From a virus, in UHGV virus genome UHGV-1363143: a stretch of 64,000 nucleotides of DNA; one strand, given 5' to 3'. The notes under the pieces are model-generated. The model searched no databases. It saw nothing but the letters and a program-made list of their open reading frames with translations, and had not been told where the DNA came from. How positions within the stretch are numbered: the first letter of the stretch is position 1; each line of letters starts with the position of its first letter. Both the position numbers and the translations under genes were made by a program. Positions 29,393-38,614 of the stretch are shown here, piece after piece.

Positions 29393-30361
29393 CTATCTGT
29401 ATTCAATATTGAGTTTATCTAGCACATGTGCCATTCCTAGTCCCTTTTCAGGAACCCATATTCCTTCATCATTATATGTTCCGCCTCTCATACAGTAATC
29501 GTACATTTCAGGATGTGATTCTTTCATTCTCTGAAATCTATTTTTACCTTTTTCCATATGACAGCCGAAAATACACCCAACACAGCCTGTACGCTTTTCT
29601 CCTGTTGTTTTGAATTTCTTTTCATTATTATCATAAACAACTTCACCATACACTTCTGCTATGTCAAGTTTATATTCATAAATGTATTGAAGAATGTCTT
29701 GTTCTGTCCAAAAACCTAATGGATTGGACTTAGGCTCACTGCAATTAAATGCATTACAGCCACCATTATTTAAATATCTTATTTGCCTGTTTTGACTTTC
29801 ATCGGCCATAACTCCAGTTATAGGAATTCGGCCAGTTTTTTTATTATATTTTTTGAAAGGTCTTTTTTTCATAACATCGCAACACTTCTCACTTATTTTG
29901 AAGTCAGCTGAATTTAATAAGTAATGCCACTTATCACTCAGTTTACCTGCTCTGCCTTTTTCATCTCCATGCAATAACTTATTTCTATAAGCTGAGCTTA
30001 AATTTTGGGTAGTAAGTTTTCTAAATGCCATAGCTTGAGATTTAGAAATGCAAGGATACCCATAATGAGTTATTGTTTGAGCATAATTCATATCAGGTCT
30101 TATAACTTCATCAGCAATTTCTTTCGCTTTGTCAATTACTTCTCTATATTCCAAAGTAGTATTACAAAATACACTAGGTATATCTGGATATCTATTTTTT
30201 ACTATATGATGTAAAACTGAACTATCTTTACCTCCACTTATAGATGTATATAATCCATTAGTAGTAAATTGATATACAGCTTCATCAAGTCGCCTTTCAG
30301 TTTTTGCAATCTTAAGCTCTAATGGCAATGCTTGTGCCATCTTTAGTTCTCCTATATTCAT
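29393..30361 (-). CDS. PAPS-reductase-like PP-loop protein with Cys-rich DUF3440-like C-terminus
   Basis: SGGKDS PP-loop and C-terminal Cys clusters (CCDVMKK...GCNAFNC...GCVGCIFGCHMEKGKNRFQ). Confidence 0.6.
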   Translation of the reverse strand: MNIGELKMAQALPLELKIAKTERRLDEAVYQFTTNGLYTSISGGKDSSVLHHIVKNRYPDIPSVFCNTTLEYREVIDKAKEIADEVIRPDMNYAQTITHYGYPCISKSQAMAFRKLTTQNLSSAYRNKLLHGDEKGRAGKLSDKWHYLLNSADFKISEKCCDVMKKRPFKKYNKKTGRIPITGVMADESQNRQIRYLNNGGCNAFNCSEPKSNPLGFWTEQDILQYIYEYKLDIAEVYGEVVYDNNEKKFKTTGEKRTGCVGCIFGCHMEKGKNRFQRMKESHPEMYDYCMRGGTYNDEGIWVPEKGLGMAHVLDKLNIEYR

Positions 30362-30577
30362 TCCCGCTTCACCTATTAATTACGTATTGCCGTATGTTAA
30401 TAGGAAAATCGTGATTTCAGTTATATAACTATAACCTTCAGCTCATTAGCTTAGGAGGGGATTTTTTAACGTCTTTACCTCATCGCTTTTTTCGCAACTA
30501 TTCAAATGGCTAATCGGAATAATTACTATGACAACCTTGGTTAGCCAAGGACTTGAAGCGTTTTGGGAATGTATATT

Positions 30578-30865
30578 TTAAGCAACTATTTTAAGATCTG
30601 CATATCCCTCATGCTTTGAACTTAGAATTTCAACATTAAGCAAAGCTCTATGAGGGTATTGTTCATTATATTCATTGATAGCTAAAAGCATTTTTCTTTC
30701 TGCTTCCTCTTTACTAGATGCAACAATGTATCTATAATCTTTCTTTTCATTATTTCTTCTAGTAAAATACTTAAGTTTAACCTTATAAACTGGTTCACTT
30801 AAGTTCGAGGACATTAATCTTCTGTTAACTTCATCTAAATAATTAATATCTATAACAGCTTTCAT
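30578..30865 (-). CDS. hypothetical protein
   Basis: 95-aa ORF with an AGGAGG RBS. Confidence 0.45.
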   Translation of the reverse strand: MKAVIDINYLDEVNRRLMSSNLSEPVYKVKLKYFTRRNNEKKDYRYIVASSKEEAERKMLLAINEYNEQYPHRALLNVEILSSKHEGYADLKIVA

Positions 30866-30875
30866 AAAGTACCTC

Positions 30876-30988
30876 CTATATTCTTTTATTTTCTTTTGAT
30901 GTATCTATATTAGAACTATTGCATTTTGGACACTTTGAGCCTTTGCTACCACCATAAACGCAATATATACATCCACAATTTAAACATC
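30876..30988 (-). CDS. small Cys-rich (zinc-ribbon-like) peptide, 37 aa, not in ORF track
   Basis: ATG preceded by GAGAGG at spacing 8. Translation MARCLNCGCIYCVYGGSKGSKCPKCNSS... Confidence 0.3.
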
Positions 30989-31000
30989 TCGCCATAGTTA

Positions 31001-31168
31001 TTACCTCTCATCATTTAAGCAATCTTGGCATATTCCATTTGGAGTAGAATGATGAAAGTCCCCATAGCTATCCTTATAACAAAAATCAAAAGACTTACAT
31101 TCAATGCAAGTTTCTAAAGCTATTAAAACTTTACCTGTAGGTGAATCAATATAAAAATTTTGCTTCAT
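31001..31168 (-). CDS. small Cys-rich protein, 55 aa, not in ORF track
   Basis: ATG at 31168 preceded by AAGGAG at spacing 7. Carries CIEC...CQDC pairs. Confidence 0.35.
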   Translation of the reverse strand: MKQNFYIDSPTGKVLIALETCIECKSFDFCYKDSYGDFHHSTPNGICQDCLNDER

Positions 31169-31260
31169 ATATATTCTCCTTACTTTCTACTTGGTTTTGG
31201 ATAAGTAGCTGGTTTACACCTAACTACTCCACCTCCACCATTGTATGTTTTTTATTTGAG

Positions 31261-31875
31261 CTAGATAATCTCATCAATCAATCCCATTTCTAATGCCCTT
31301 TCAGGTGAAAGAAAGTTATCTCTCTCACATTCATTCCACATTGTAGCAGGATCTGTCTTTCCATTAGTCGAATTGGCCATCATCTCAGTAAGCTTTTTCT
31401 TCATTTCCATAATTCTAGCAGCATGAATTTGAATATCTGTAGCTTGTCCTTGATAGCCACCTAATGGTTGATGAATCATAACTTCTGAATTAGAAGTACA
31501 ATATCTATGTCCTGGTTCTCCTTGAGATAATAAAAATGCACCCATAGATGCTGCCATTCCCATACACACTGTATGAACTGGTGATTTAACTTTATTCATT
31601 GCATCAAGTATTGCCATTCCATCTGTAATAGATCCTCCTGGACTATTAATATACATAGTTATTGGATCATTACTTTCTGAATCTAGGAATAAAAGCTGTG
31701 CTTGAATTAACACAGCCATTCTAGATTCTACTTGTCCAGTAAGCATAATTACCCTATCCTTTAATAGCCTAGAGAATATGTCCATTGATCTTTCTACTCT
31801 TCCATCTTGTTCTATAACCATTGGAACTGTTAATGATCCTATTGGTTGTAATGTTGTACCATAAAAATTATTCAT
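31261..31875 (-). CDS. clpP: ClpP ATP-dependent Clp protease proteolytic subunit
   Basis: Catalytic Ser in GMAASMG, catalytic His in MIHQP, INSPGGS motif. Confidence 0.85.
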   Translation of the reverse strand: MNNFYGTTLQPIGSLTVPMVIEQDGRVERSMDIFSRLLKDRVIMLTGQVESRMAVLIQAQLLFLDSESNDPITMYINSPGGSITDGMAILDAMNKVKSPVHTVCMGMAASMGAFLLSQGEPGHRYCTSNSEVMIHQPLGGYQGQATDIQIHAARIMEMKKKLTEMMANSTNGKTDPATMWNECERDNFLSPERALEMGLIDEII

Positions 31876-31907
31876 AATCTTGTCTCCTTTGTATATAAAA
31901 TTGTTTA

Positions 31908-32762
31908 TTATTCTGCTGAGTTTCCTCTCATATCTATGATTGCATCAGAACCTGAAACAGTAGGTAACTTTCCGTCCCACTTTTCAATCTTCTTGTATTC
32001 AACCATTTCACTTGTTATAGATTTTTGTAATTCTTCATTTGCTCTAGCTTCACCTTGAGCTTTAATTAATTGAGCATCAGCTTCACCTTGAGCTTCTACT
32101 TTTTTTCTTTCAGCTTCAACGATTGCTTTTTCCTTTTTTTGTTTCTCAGCTTCTAACTCTTGAGCTGCCTTACTTCTTTCTGTTATAGCAGCTTCAATAG
32201 TTGAATCAACTCTAGTTTGAGTTAAGTTAGCACTTTCAACTACAACTCCAAATTCAGCTAATGATTTCTTTAAATGTTCAGTAATGGCTCTATTAAGCTC
32301 ACCCTTCTTTTCCATATGAGCTTCAAGAACACTATATTGAGAAGTCACTTCATTAACTAATGTCTTTATTTTTCCTATAACAATGTTATTGATTATATCT
32401 TCTCCACTCATTCCTCTGTATCTGCTATATAAATCTGGAACTTTATCAGCATCAAATGAATATGACATTTCAAAATCAACATTCATTTTTCCATCTCTAG
32501 CGATTACATCAAATGAGTTATCTTTTTTTTCATCTCTTTGCATATATAGTTGTTCTGTAGCTACACTGTATTCAGTTACTTTTTTTGTTGGAGATATCAA
32601 ATGCCACCCTTGAGGCAAGATTTCATCTTGGACTCCACCATTCATAGAATACTGTACTCCAACATATCCAGCAGGTATTCTTTCTATACATATAAATGTA
32701 CCTGCTGCTCCACCCAATACTAATACTCCTGCAATAATTGCACCTATCATACTTTTTTTCAT
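31908..32762 (-). CDS. SPFH/band-7 (HflK/C, prohibitin-like) membrane protein
   Basis: N-terminal TM helix, SPFH core, and a C-terminal E/A/K-rich coiled coil ([29 protein letters not shown]). Confidence 0.65.
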   Translation of the reverse strand: MKKSMIGAIIAGVLVLGGAAGTFICIERIPAGYVGVQYSMNGGVQDEILPQGWHLISPTKKVTEYSVATEQLYMQRDEKKDNSFDVIARDGKMNVDFEMSYSFDADKVPDLYSRYRGMSGEDIINNIVIGKIKTLVNEVTSQYSVLEAHMEKKGELNRAITEHLKKSLAEFGVVVESANLTQTRVDSTIEAAITERSKAAQELEAEKQKKEKAIVEAERKKVEAQGEADAQLIKAQGEARANEELQKSITSEMVEYKKIEKWDGKLPTVSGSDAIIDMRGNSAE

Positions 32763-32943
32763 TTTGTTACTCCTATCTATTCATATTATTTTTGAATTTA
32801 TTTGATATTTTTATTGCCAGCAATCCTATCCAATAAAATAAATTTGATAACAAGAAGAATAAAATTGCTAGTACACATAAAACTAGCACATAAAATACTA
32901 TATTCATTTAGTCCTCCTACCTTAGTTATCTATACTGCTATAT

Positions 32944-33165
32944 TTAAAACCCTGTATTAAATTTTGCTGTTATTTTAGCTTTCTTAAATCCATATTTGTC
33001 AGTTAAATGTTTAATTATTAACTCATCAGTTGTATAAAAGTATTCCGAATCCTCTTGTAATGATGGAGCTTCATCACACATGTTTTTGAATTCTTCTTTT
33101 GTATATTCTTTTTCATTGGATAAAATGCAATGACACTCATATCCATATACATCATATAAAAACAT
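32944..33165 (-). CDS. hypothetical protein
   Basis: 73-aa ORF. Confidence 0.4.
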   Translation of the reverse strand: MFLYDVYGYECHCILSNEKEYTKEEFKNMCDEAPSLQEDSEYFYTTDELIIKHLTDKYGFKKAKITAKFNTGF

Positions 33166-33196
33166 ATTTTATGTCTCCTTTTTTAGTAGTTCCTCT

Positions 33197-33472
33197 TTAC
33201 AGTCCTAAAGATAGTTTTATAATTTCAATAGCTTCAGCTGTAATAGTAACTATCATCCAATCATTTTTACGTTCACAGTAAATCTCATTAGGATTTTTTA
33301 ATATTGCTCCACCTTTTAAAAGAATGTAGTAATCATCTTTATACATAAAATGTACTCCATCCCATTCTGGTCTTGTTATAAAACTTTTAGCATCTCCATC
33401 TAATAAATGTGATTCCTTTACTGCTTTGTCGTATGTTAATTCTCCTAATAAAATTTCCTCCCAGTATTTCAT
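33197..33472 (-). CDS. hypothetical protein
   Basis: 91-aa ORF. Confidence 0.4.
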   Translation of the reverse strand: MKYWEEILLGELTYDKAVKESHLLDGDAKSFITRPEWDGVHFMYKDDYYILLKGGAILKNPNEIYCERKNDWMIVTITAEAIEIIKLSLGL

Positions 33473-33492
33473 TAGTTTATCCTCCTAATATA

Positions 33493-33705
33493 TTAATTTT
33501 GTAAATCCCAATCTATATAGTTAAAGCATGTATAGCCAATCCATATAGATATATCTAAACACTTGTCTCCGTTTTTTTTCTTAGCTCCATTGGAGTGAAT
33601 AGTAAACATAGGTTTACCTCCCCATTCTTTATGAGCTTTTTTGTAGTTATTTATTTGAAATACTTTTGTTTCATTATCCCACCATTTTTCAAAAATACGT
33701 TTCAT
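33493..33705 (-). CDS. hypothetical protein
   Basis: 70-aa ORF. Confidence 0.4.
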   Translation of the reverse strand: MKRIFEKWWDNETKVFQINNYKKAHKEWGGKPMFTIHSNGAKKKNGDKCLDISIWIGYTCFNYIDWDLQN

Positions 33706-33753
33706 ATATGTCTCCTTATCTTAATAGCCCATACTAAGATGGGCAAAGTATAA

Positions 33754-34419
33754 CTATTCTAAAGTCCAAGTACCTTTAAATAATGCCATAATAACAATGA
33801 TTTCTGGTCTTATTCCTGGTGACGCTTCAGTTATAGCGAATCCTGGTACACCATCTTTAGAAGTAATGTAACCTGTTGCTTCTGTACCAAACATATCTAC
33901 TGTAAAGAAAACCTTATTACCTGCGATCGCCATTTCTAATGCTTTTGGACCATTTATTGTTTCAGATTTCTTTTTCTTAAACTCTAAATTTACAAAATGA
34001 GAATCTATTGAAGCTGGGAATACAGCATTTTCTGTTACTATAAGTAAAGTCTTACTGTCGATGTCATATCTAATTACATCTCCTTCTTCACTGATAAAAG
34101 TTCCTCTATAACCATTATCAAATTCATCTACCATTTCAATAAAATTATAAGTTAACTCTGATTCATCTACTTTTTCTTTTATATCCTTTAAAATCATTTT
34201 CATGAACTCTGGGAATGAAGATTCTCTGTTTGATTCAACTTCTTCTTTCATTGATTCACTTATTCCATCACAGAATTCTTTCTTATCACAGTTATCACAA
34301 TCACATTCATGTTCTTCTCTATTTGTTTCCTCAGCTGTAATAGCTCCTAGTATCATTTTTATTGCATCTTCCCCTGATATCTCTCTCATTCTTACTTCAC
34401 TCATTTTATATTTCCTCAC
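33754..34419 (-). CDS. hypothetical acidic protein with a CDCDNC Cys cluster
   Basis: 221-aa ORF. Confidence 0.45.
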   Translation of the reverse strand: MRKYKMSEVRMREISGEDAIKMILGAITAEETNREEHECDCDNCDKKEFCDGISESMKEEVESNRESSFPEFMKMILKDIKEKVDESELTYNFIEMVDEFDNGYRGTFISEEGDVIRYDIDSKTLLIVTENAVFPASIDSHFVNLEFKKKKSETINGPKALEMAIAGNKVFFTVDMFGTEATGYITSKDGVPGFAITEASPGIRPEIIVIMALFKGTWTLE

Positions 34420-34894
34420 TTTCGCTTTTTCTCTTTATATCCTTGTCTATCATCAAACATCCAAATAAATGATCTAATTCATGTTGAAATACTACTGCTT
34501 CTAGGTCTTTAAGTAGTTTCTTTACTTTTTGTCCATTTTCATTAATGTACGCTACTTTTAACATCTTGTATCTTCTTGTAAGACTTTTAGTCTCTGGTAT
34601 GGATAAACAAGATTCACTAAAGAAACCTATTTTATTTGGATACATCTTAATGATTTCTGGATTTATGCAAACAGTAATCTCTTCTATATTTCTTGGATTA
34701 ACCATTGCAAAAGCCATCTTATTTACTCCAATTTGTGGAGCTGCTATTCCAAGACTTGTATTTCCTTCACCGAAATGAGCTTTTAATGAAGTAATCAATT
34801 CTTGTTCTTTTTCTACAGATTCAATAGGTTCAGAAATTTTTCTTAACACCTTTAAATCTTCTTCTGATTCAATAGTTAGTATTCTATTATTCAT
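34406..34894 (-). CDS. def: peptide deformylase
   Basis: GIAAPQIG motif 1, ESCLS motif 2, HELDHLFG motif 3. Confidence 0.8.
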   Translation of the reverse strand: MNNRILTIESEEDLKVLRKISEPIESVEKEQELITSLKAHFGEGNTSLGIAAPQIGVNKMAFAMVNPRNIEEITVCINPEIIKMYPNKIGFFSESCLSIPETKSLTRRYKMLKVAYINENGQKVKKLLKDLEAVVFQHELDHLFGCLMIDKDIKRKSESEEI

Positions 34895-35002
34895 CCTTCC
34901 TCCTTATACTGACCAAAACTTTTTTCGTTTCGGTTCGATATTTTATATTATGTTTTTATAAAAAAAGAGCCTACTAATGTAGACTCAAAATTATAAACTT
35001 TT

Positions 35003-35371
35003 TTATGCAGCTCTTTTTACAACTAATAAATCCCTTGCTCCTCCTAGAGGATCGTTGCCTTGGTACTCTATACCAAAAGCTAAGTATTTAGTATTTGAGC
35101 TTTCTTTTAATTTATTAAGATTATGAACTATTCTTTCTAGTCCTTCACTATTTATAGGCTCTTTTATTGTAGATGACTTCTTACCACAGATAGGTTTATC
35201 ATAAGAAGCATATATGTATAAACTTTCTATTTTAGTATGAGGACACTTTAATTCTTTTTTAATTTCATTTATTTCTTTTTCTAAATTTCCTAATGTTAAA
35301 TCACTAATATTTTTTATCATAGCGAAACCTCCAATACGAAACATAAAAAAGCACAAAAGGACACCAACCAT
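35003..35371 (-). CDS. hypothetical protein
   Basis: 122-aa ORF. The true start is probably the internal MIKNIS. Confidence 0.4.
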   Translation of the reverse strand: MVGVLLCFFMFRIGGFAMIKNISDLTLGNLEKEINEIKKELKCPHTKIESLYIYASYDKPICGKKSSTIKEPINSEGLERIVHNLNKLKESSNTKYLAFGIEYQGNDPLGGARDLLVVKRAA

Positions 35372-35880
35372 ACGAAGATATCCTGTTATGCTTTAATTTG
35401 CTTATAGTTTAAAATTAATTATTCTTTATTTCTCTTTGAGTAATTCTTTTAATTCTTGACCTAGATATCTTATGTAACATTCTTTTATCTTTTGATCTGA
35501 GCTTTGTATTTTGAACTACTATCTTTTCATAAAAATCTAAAGCAGTTGCTTCTTTCGAATTATTCTGTTTAAATAAATCCATAATGCTATCAATCCTTTC
35601 TTTATTCAGAAATTAATTTTGCATTTACATATTTATTATCTAACTTTTTCGTCATTTACCTCATAAATATAGTTAAACTTCTTTTACAAATATTTTTCCA
35701 TTGGGAGCAGTATAAAATATATCTCTTTTAAATGACATAAGATAAGAAACTCCTGGAATAACTAATACATTCATATCTGTAATAATAGTATTTAATTCAA
35801 AAGTTGCAATCACTTCTCTTGTATCTTTTTTAAAAATAACTAAAATTTGCATTATTCAACCTCAATTTATAATTATTCTC

Positions 35881-35909
35881 TTTTATATAAAAAACCCAGG
35901 GCCTTTCGG
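35881..35909 (-). terminator. rho-independent terminator closing the tRNA array (CCCAGG...CCUGGG then UUUU)
   Basis: GC-rich 6-bp stem immediately 3' of tRNA-Asn on the minus strand, followed by U4. Confidence 0.6.
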
Positions 35910-35915
35910 ACACCT

Positions 35916-35990
<75 letters not shown>

Positions 35991-36785
35991 CTGTAGTTCC
36001 ATAATTCCAGCGTCCGTATGGACCTGGAGATCTCCTTCTATCTTAGATAGATGAGCTAATGTAAGCACCACATTTTATAATCCCTTGCATGGATTGGGCA
36101 GGCACCATTATTTTTACATGCATGGTTGCATTGACCTAGCTTACTTTTTGTTCTTTCGGTCTTATTGATTATTACTATCCCACTCGTGAATAGCATATTT
36201 GTTTGAAACAATCGCCTGCACAATGCAAGCCCCAGAAAGAGTTTATCTTTCAAAATTAATGCAAGGTGGGGTGGCGTATCCCACATCTCTAACCATAACA
36301 ATATATGTAGTATAGACTGCCTGTTTCTACTTCTTGCATTTTTATATCTAATTGCTTACTTGAAAAACACGAGCTAATTACATTAGCTACTAAAACTCAT
36401 AAGCATAAATATACCTTCTTATAAGAGTTCCTAATCTATGTCTAAATAAGAAGTATATTAGTTTCATAAGGATATAGATTAGGTTTCACCTTACTTTTTA
36501 TTATTGCTTGAAAAAACCCTAAAAATTACTAAGCAATATATATATTCTTCTCACTTCCGAAACCAGCACTCCATGTCCTTCGAATATATAGTTTTTTTGT
36601 TTCGCTGATCTGGTCCTCTATGCAAAACTTTAAAGGGAAATTTGCTTACCGCCACAGTTCCTTCCTGCTCGTCCATAAGCTATTAAGTAGATAAATTACT
36701 CCTACTTAACTAGTGCGTCTCCAGTGAGCATAGTAAATCAGGCCAATCAAATCAGCTAAATACCAGAGGCTTGAGAGGTTCTATT
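35991..36785 (-). ncRNA. ~0.8-kb ORF-free, GC-enriched structured spacer between tRNA-Asn and tRNA-Thr; candidate large ncRNA (GOLLD/ROOL-like class hypothesis)
   Basis: No credible ORF. The only track ORF, 36056..36301, is Cys/His-poor and has no RBS. GC content is well above that of the coding background. The block is embedded in a co-directional tRNA array. Confidence 0.3.
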
Positions 36786-36859
36786 TGGAGCTCCTACTCA
36801 GAATCGAACTGAGAACAGAAGATTACAAGTCTACCGTTTTACCTTTAAACTATAGGAGC
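36786..36859 (-). tRNA. tRNA-Thr (UGU)
   Basis: Acceptor GCUCCUA/UAGGAGC, T-arm CUCAG-UUCGAUU-CUGAG, anticodon loop CUUGUAA. There is one U-U mismatch in the anticodon stem. CCA encoded. Confidence 0.6.
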
Positions 36860-37015
36860 ATATAATACTTTCGGTGTGCTACAGAAATCTAAGTTTCTGT
36901 TAATAGGCAAGGCTGTCTATATCAGGTATTCAGTAATTATGTACACTTTTAACTGAACCATACTATATATCCCTACACGCTACTCTTAACTATAAGAACA
37001 CCGAAAATATTATAA

Positions 37016-37090
37016 TGGTACTCCATGGGGGACTCGAACCCCCGATACACGATAGAAAGTCGTGTGGCTTAACCACTTGCCGAATGGAGC
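37016..37090 (-). tRNA. tRNA-Glu (UUC), tentative
   Basis: Acceptor GCUCCAU/AUGGAGU, T-arm GGGGG-UUCGAGU-CCCCC, perfect anticodon stem CACGA/UCGUG, loop CUUUCUA. Position 37 is an unusual U. CCA encoded. Confidence 0.55.
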
Positions 37091-37169
37091 ATAATTTGTG
37101 CTATCTCTTTTAGCTTGTACTTCGCCAAGGATGATAGCTATCCTTATCTGTACAAATTACAGATTTCTC

Positions 37170-37240
37170 TGGTGCAGATTGCTGGAATCGAACCAACCCT
37201 TATAATCTTATAGAAAACGCTCTACCTTGAGCTAATCTGC
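37170..37240 (-). tRNA. tRNA-like gene with intact acceptor, D- and T-arms but no foldable canonical anticodon arm
   Basis: Acceptor GCAGAUU/AAUCUGC plus ACCA, D-arm GCUC-AAGGUA-GAGC, T-arm GUUGG-UUCGAUU-CCAGC. The anticodon region UUUUCUAUAAGAUUAUAAGG contains a UAUAAG duplication, and no 5-bp stem with a 7-nt loop can be formed. Confidence 0.4.
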
Positions 37241-38269
37241 ATATTATATTTCCAGAGCTTTCAGATCCTATCTCTGGTACTCAACTTTTGCAGCATTATT
37301 GATTCTCTGCTTATCCACATTCTCTTGAATGTATTGAGTTATGCCTGCCTTGTTTAATGAGTGGCTTATCTCATCTAATAGTACACTACTCTACACCATT
37401 GATTATATCAACCTTGCGGGCTGTTCAGGCTGCTACCCCTTATACGCTCTCCGATATAGAACAATCAAGCTTTTGCGAAGCTATCATGCGCTTCATTCAC
37501 TTTTCAGTGTGAAGCATTAAGACACTTTCATGCACTACGAGGATGAACTTTCGCTTTTATATAGAATTAATATCTGTAAATTCTTAAATATTGTTTTATT
37601 TCCCAAAACATATAGCTTAAATTCATCATTCATTAAATTTTCAAACTGTAGATGTGTCATCCTATCAGCTCGCTTCCCTTTTGAGGAAGTAAATACTGGA
37701 CACCTACATAGCTTTCACTCAACTAAGTTACTAACTGGTAATAAATCATACTCTAGGATACCTCCGTCTCTCAACTTCTAAGGTCCTATTTCATTTTTAT
37801 TACTGGCCAATGCTCTTGCCTGTTAAACTCGAACTACTAACCTTCTGCTATAAATAGTTTATTTCATTAGTTTTGGTGTGTGCTATCTGATTACCAGTCA
37901 GAAACTCCTTCAGAGAGTATATCCCCTACTTTCTTACCAGCGTTGCCCATAAGCGAGCTTTCGCACCTAACTTATAAAACCTTATCCAATAATCGTCTTT
38001 ATCTCTTCCGCCTACTGAATAACATTTAAATTTATGCAGATTGCTTGAATTAACCTAATATTTCAAGGCGAGAATTTGTTAAATTCCCTTTACGCACATC
38101 ACTGTACGCTATTCATGTCAAGCCATGTTTACTTATTTTTTTTATAGAACCTAGTACAGATTCTTGTATGTAATTCCTACCTCTATTACATACTAGGCTC
38201 TTGCCTACCGATGTTTTCCTTATTTAAAACTAAGTACTGAAAAGAAAACTCATAACCAAAAATCGTACT
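37241..38269 (-). ncRNA. ~1.0-kb ORF-free GC-enriched structured spacer between tRNA-like gene and tRNA-Lys; candidate large ncRNA(s)
   Basis: Only a weak 83-aa plus-strand ORF with no RBS falls here. Composition matches the other large spacer and lies within the tRNA operon. Confidence 0.3.
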
Positions 38270-38345
38270 TGGTGAAGGTAGAAGGGTTTGAACCTTCGGC
38301 CCCAGCATTAAAAGTGCTATGCTCTACCAACTGAGCTATACCTTC
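38270..38345 (-). tRNA. tRNA-Lys (UUU)
   Basis: GAAGGUAUAGCUCAGUUGGUAGAGC..., anticodon loop CUUUUAA, T-loop UUCAAAC, CCA encoded. Confidence 0.9.
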
Positions 38346-38352
38346 ATATTAT

Positions 38353-38429
38353 TGGTAGTGGATATAAGAGTCGAACTTATCACCTTCTGCGTATCAGGCA
38401 GATGCTCTAACCAAATGAGCTAATCCACT
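38353..38429 (-). tRNA. tRNA-Ile (GAU)
   Basis: AGUGGAUUAGCUCAUUUGGUUAGAGC..., anticodon loop CUGAUAC, CCA encoded. Confidence 0.9.
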
Positions 38430-38435
38430 ATATTA

Positions 38436-38520
38436 TGGTGGGAACTGATGGAGTCGAACCACCCGAGCTAAAGCAACAGATTTACAGTCTGCCCCGCTAC
38501 CATCTACGGTATAAATTCCC
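38436..38520 (-). tRNA. tRNA-Tyr (GUA), type II with long variable arm
   Basis: Acceptor GGGAAUU/AGUUCCC, anticodon loop CUGUAAA, long variable arm, T-loop UUCGACU, CCA encoded. Confidence 0.8.
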
Positions 38521-38547
38521 GTATTGACATTGTTAATTGGCTAAATT

Positions 38548-38577
38548 ATTATAATTGTAAATGTACTATACTTACAA
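38548..38577 (-). promoter_or_regulatory. candidate sigma-A-type promoter (TTGTAA, 18-nt spacer, TATAAT) reading into tRNA-Tyr/Ile/Lys
   Basis: Minus strand -35 TTGTAA (plus 38572-38577) and -10 TATAAT (plus 38548-38553), located 30-60 nt upstream of tRNA-Tyr. Confidence 0.35.
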
Positions 38578-38614
38578 AGAACTAGATCAATCTTCGGATT
38601 GGTCTTTTTCTTAT

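Noticed and set aside
36056-36301. 81-aa minus-strand ORF inside the 0.8-kb tRNA-array spacer
   Set aside because: No RBS, odd composition, and it lies in GC-rich structured non-coding sequence. It is more likely part of an ncRNA.
37530-37781. 83-aa plus-strand ORF in the 1.0-kb spacer
   Set aside because: It is on the strand opposite to all neighbours, has no RBS, and lies in a structured non-coding region.
37781-37850. tRNA T-loop-like motif (GUUCGAGU) in the 1.0-kb spacer
   Set aside because: The flanking sequence cannot form T-stem or acceptor pairing. It may be a decayed tRNA relic, but not a gene.
38521-38560. Plus-strand TTGACA-17-TATTAT promoter-like match
   Set aside because: It has a perfect -35 and 17-bp spacing, but it points away from any plus-strand gene because all neighbours are minus-strand tRNAs. 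It overlaps the minus-strand promoter candidate and is probably fortuitous in AT-rich sequence.
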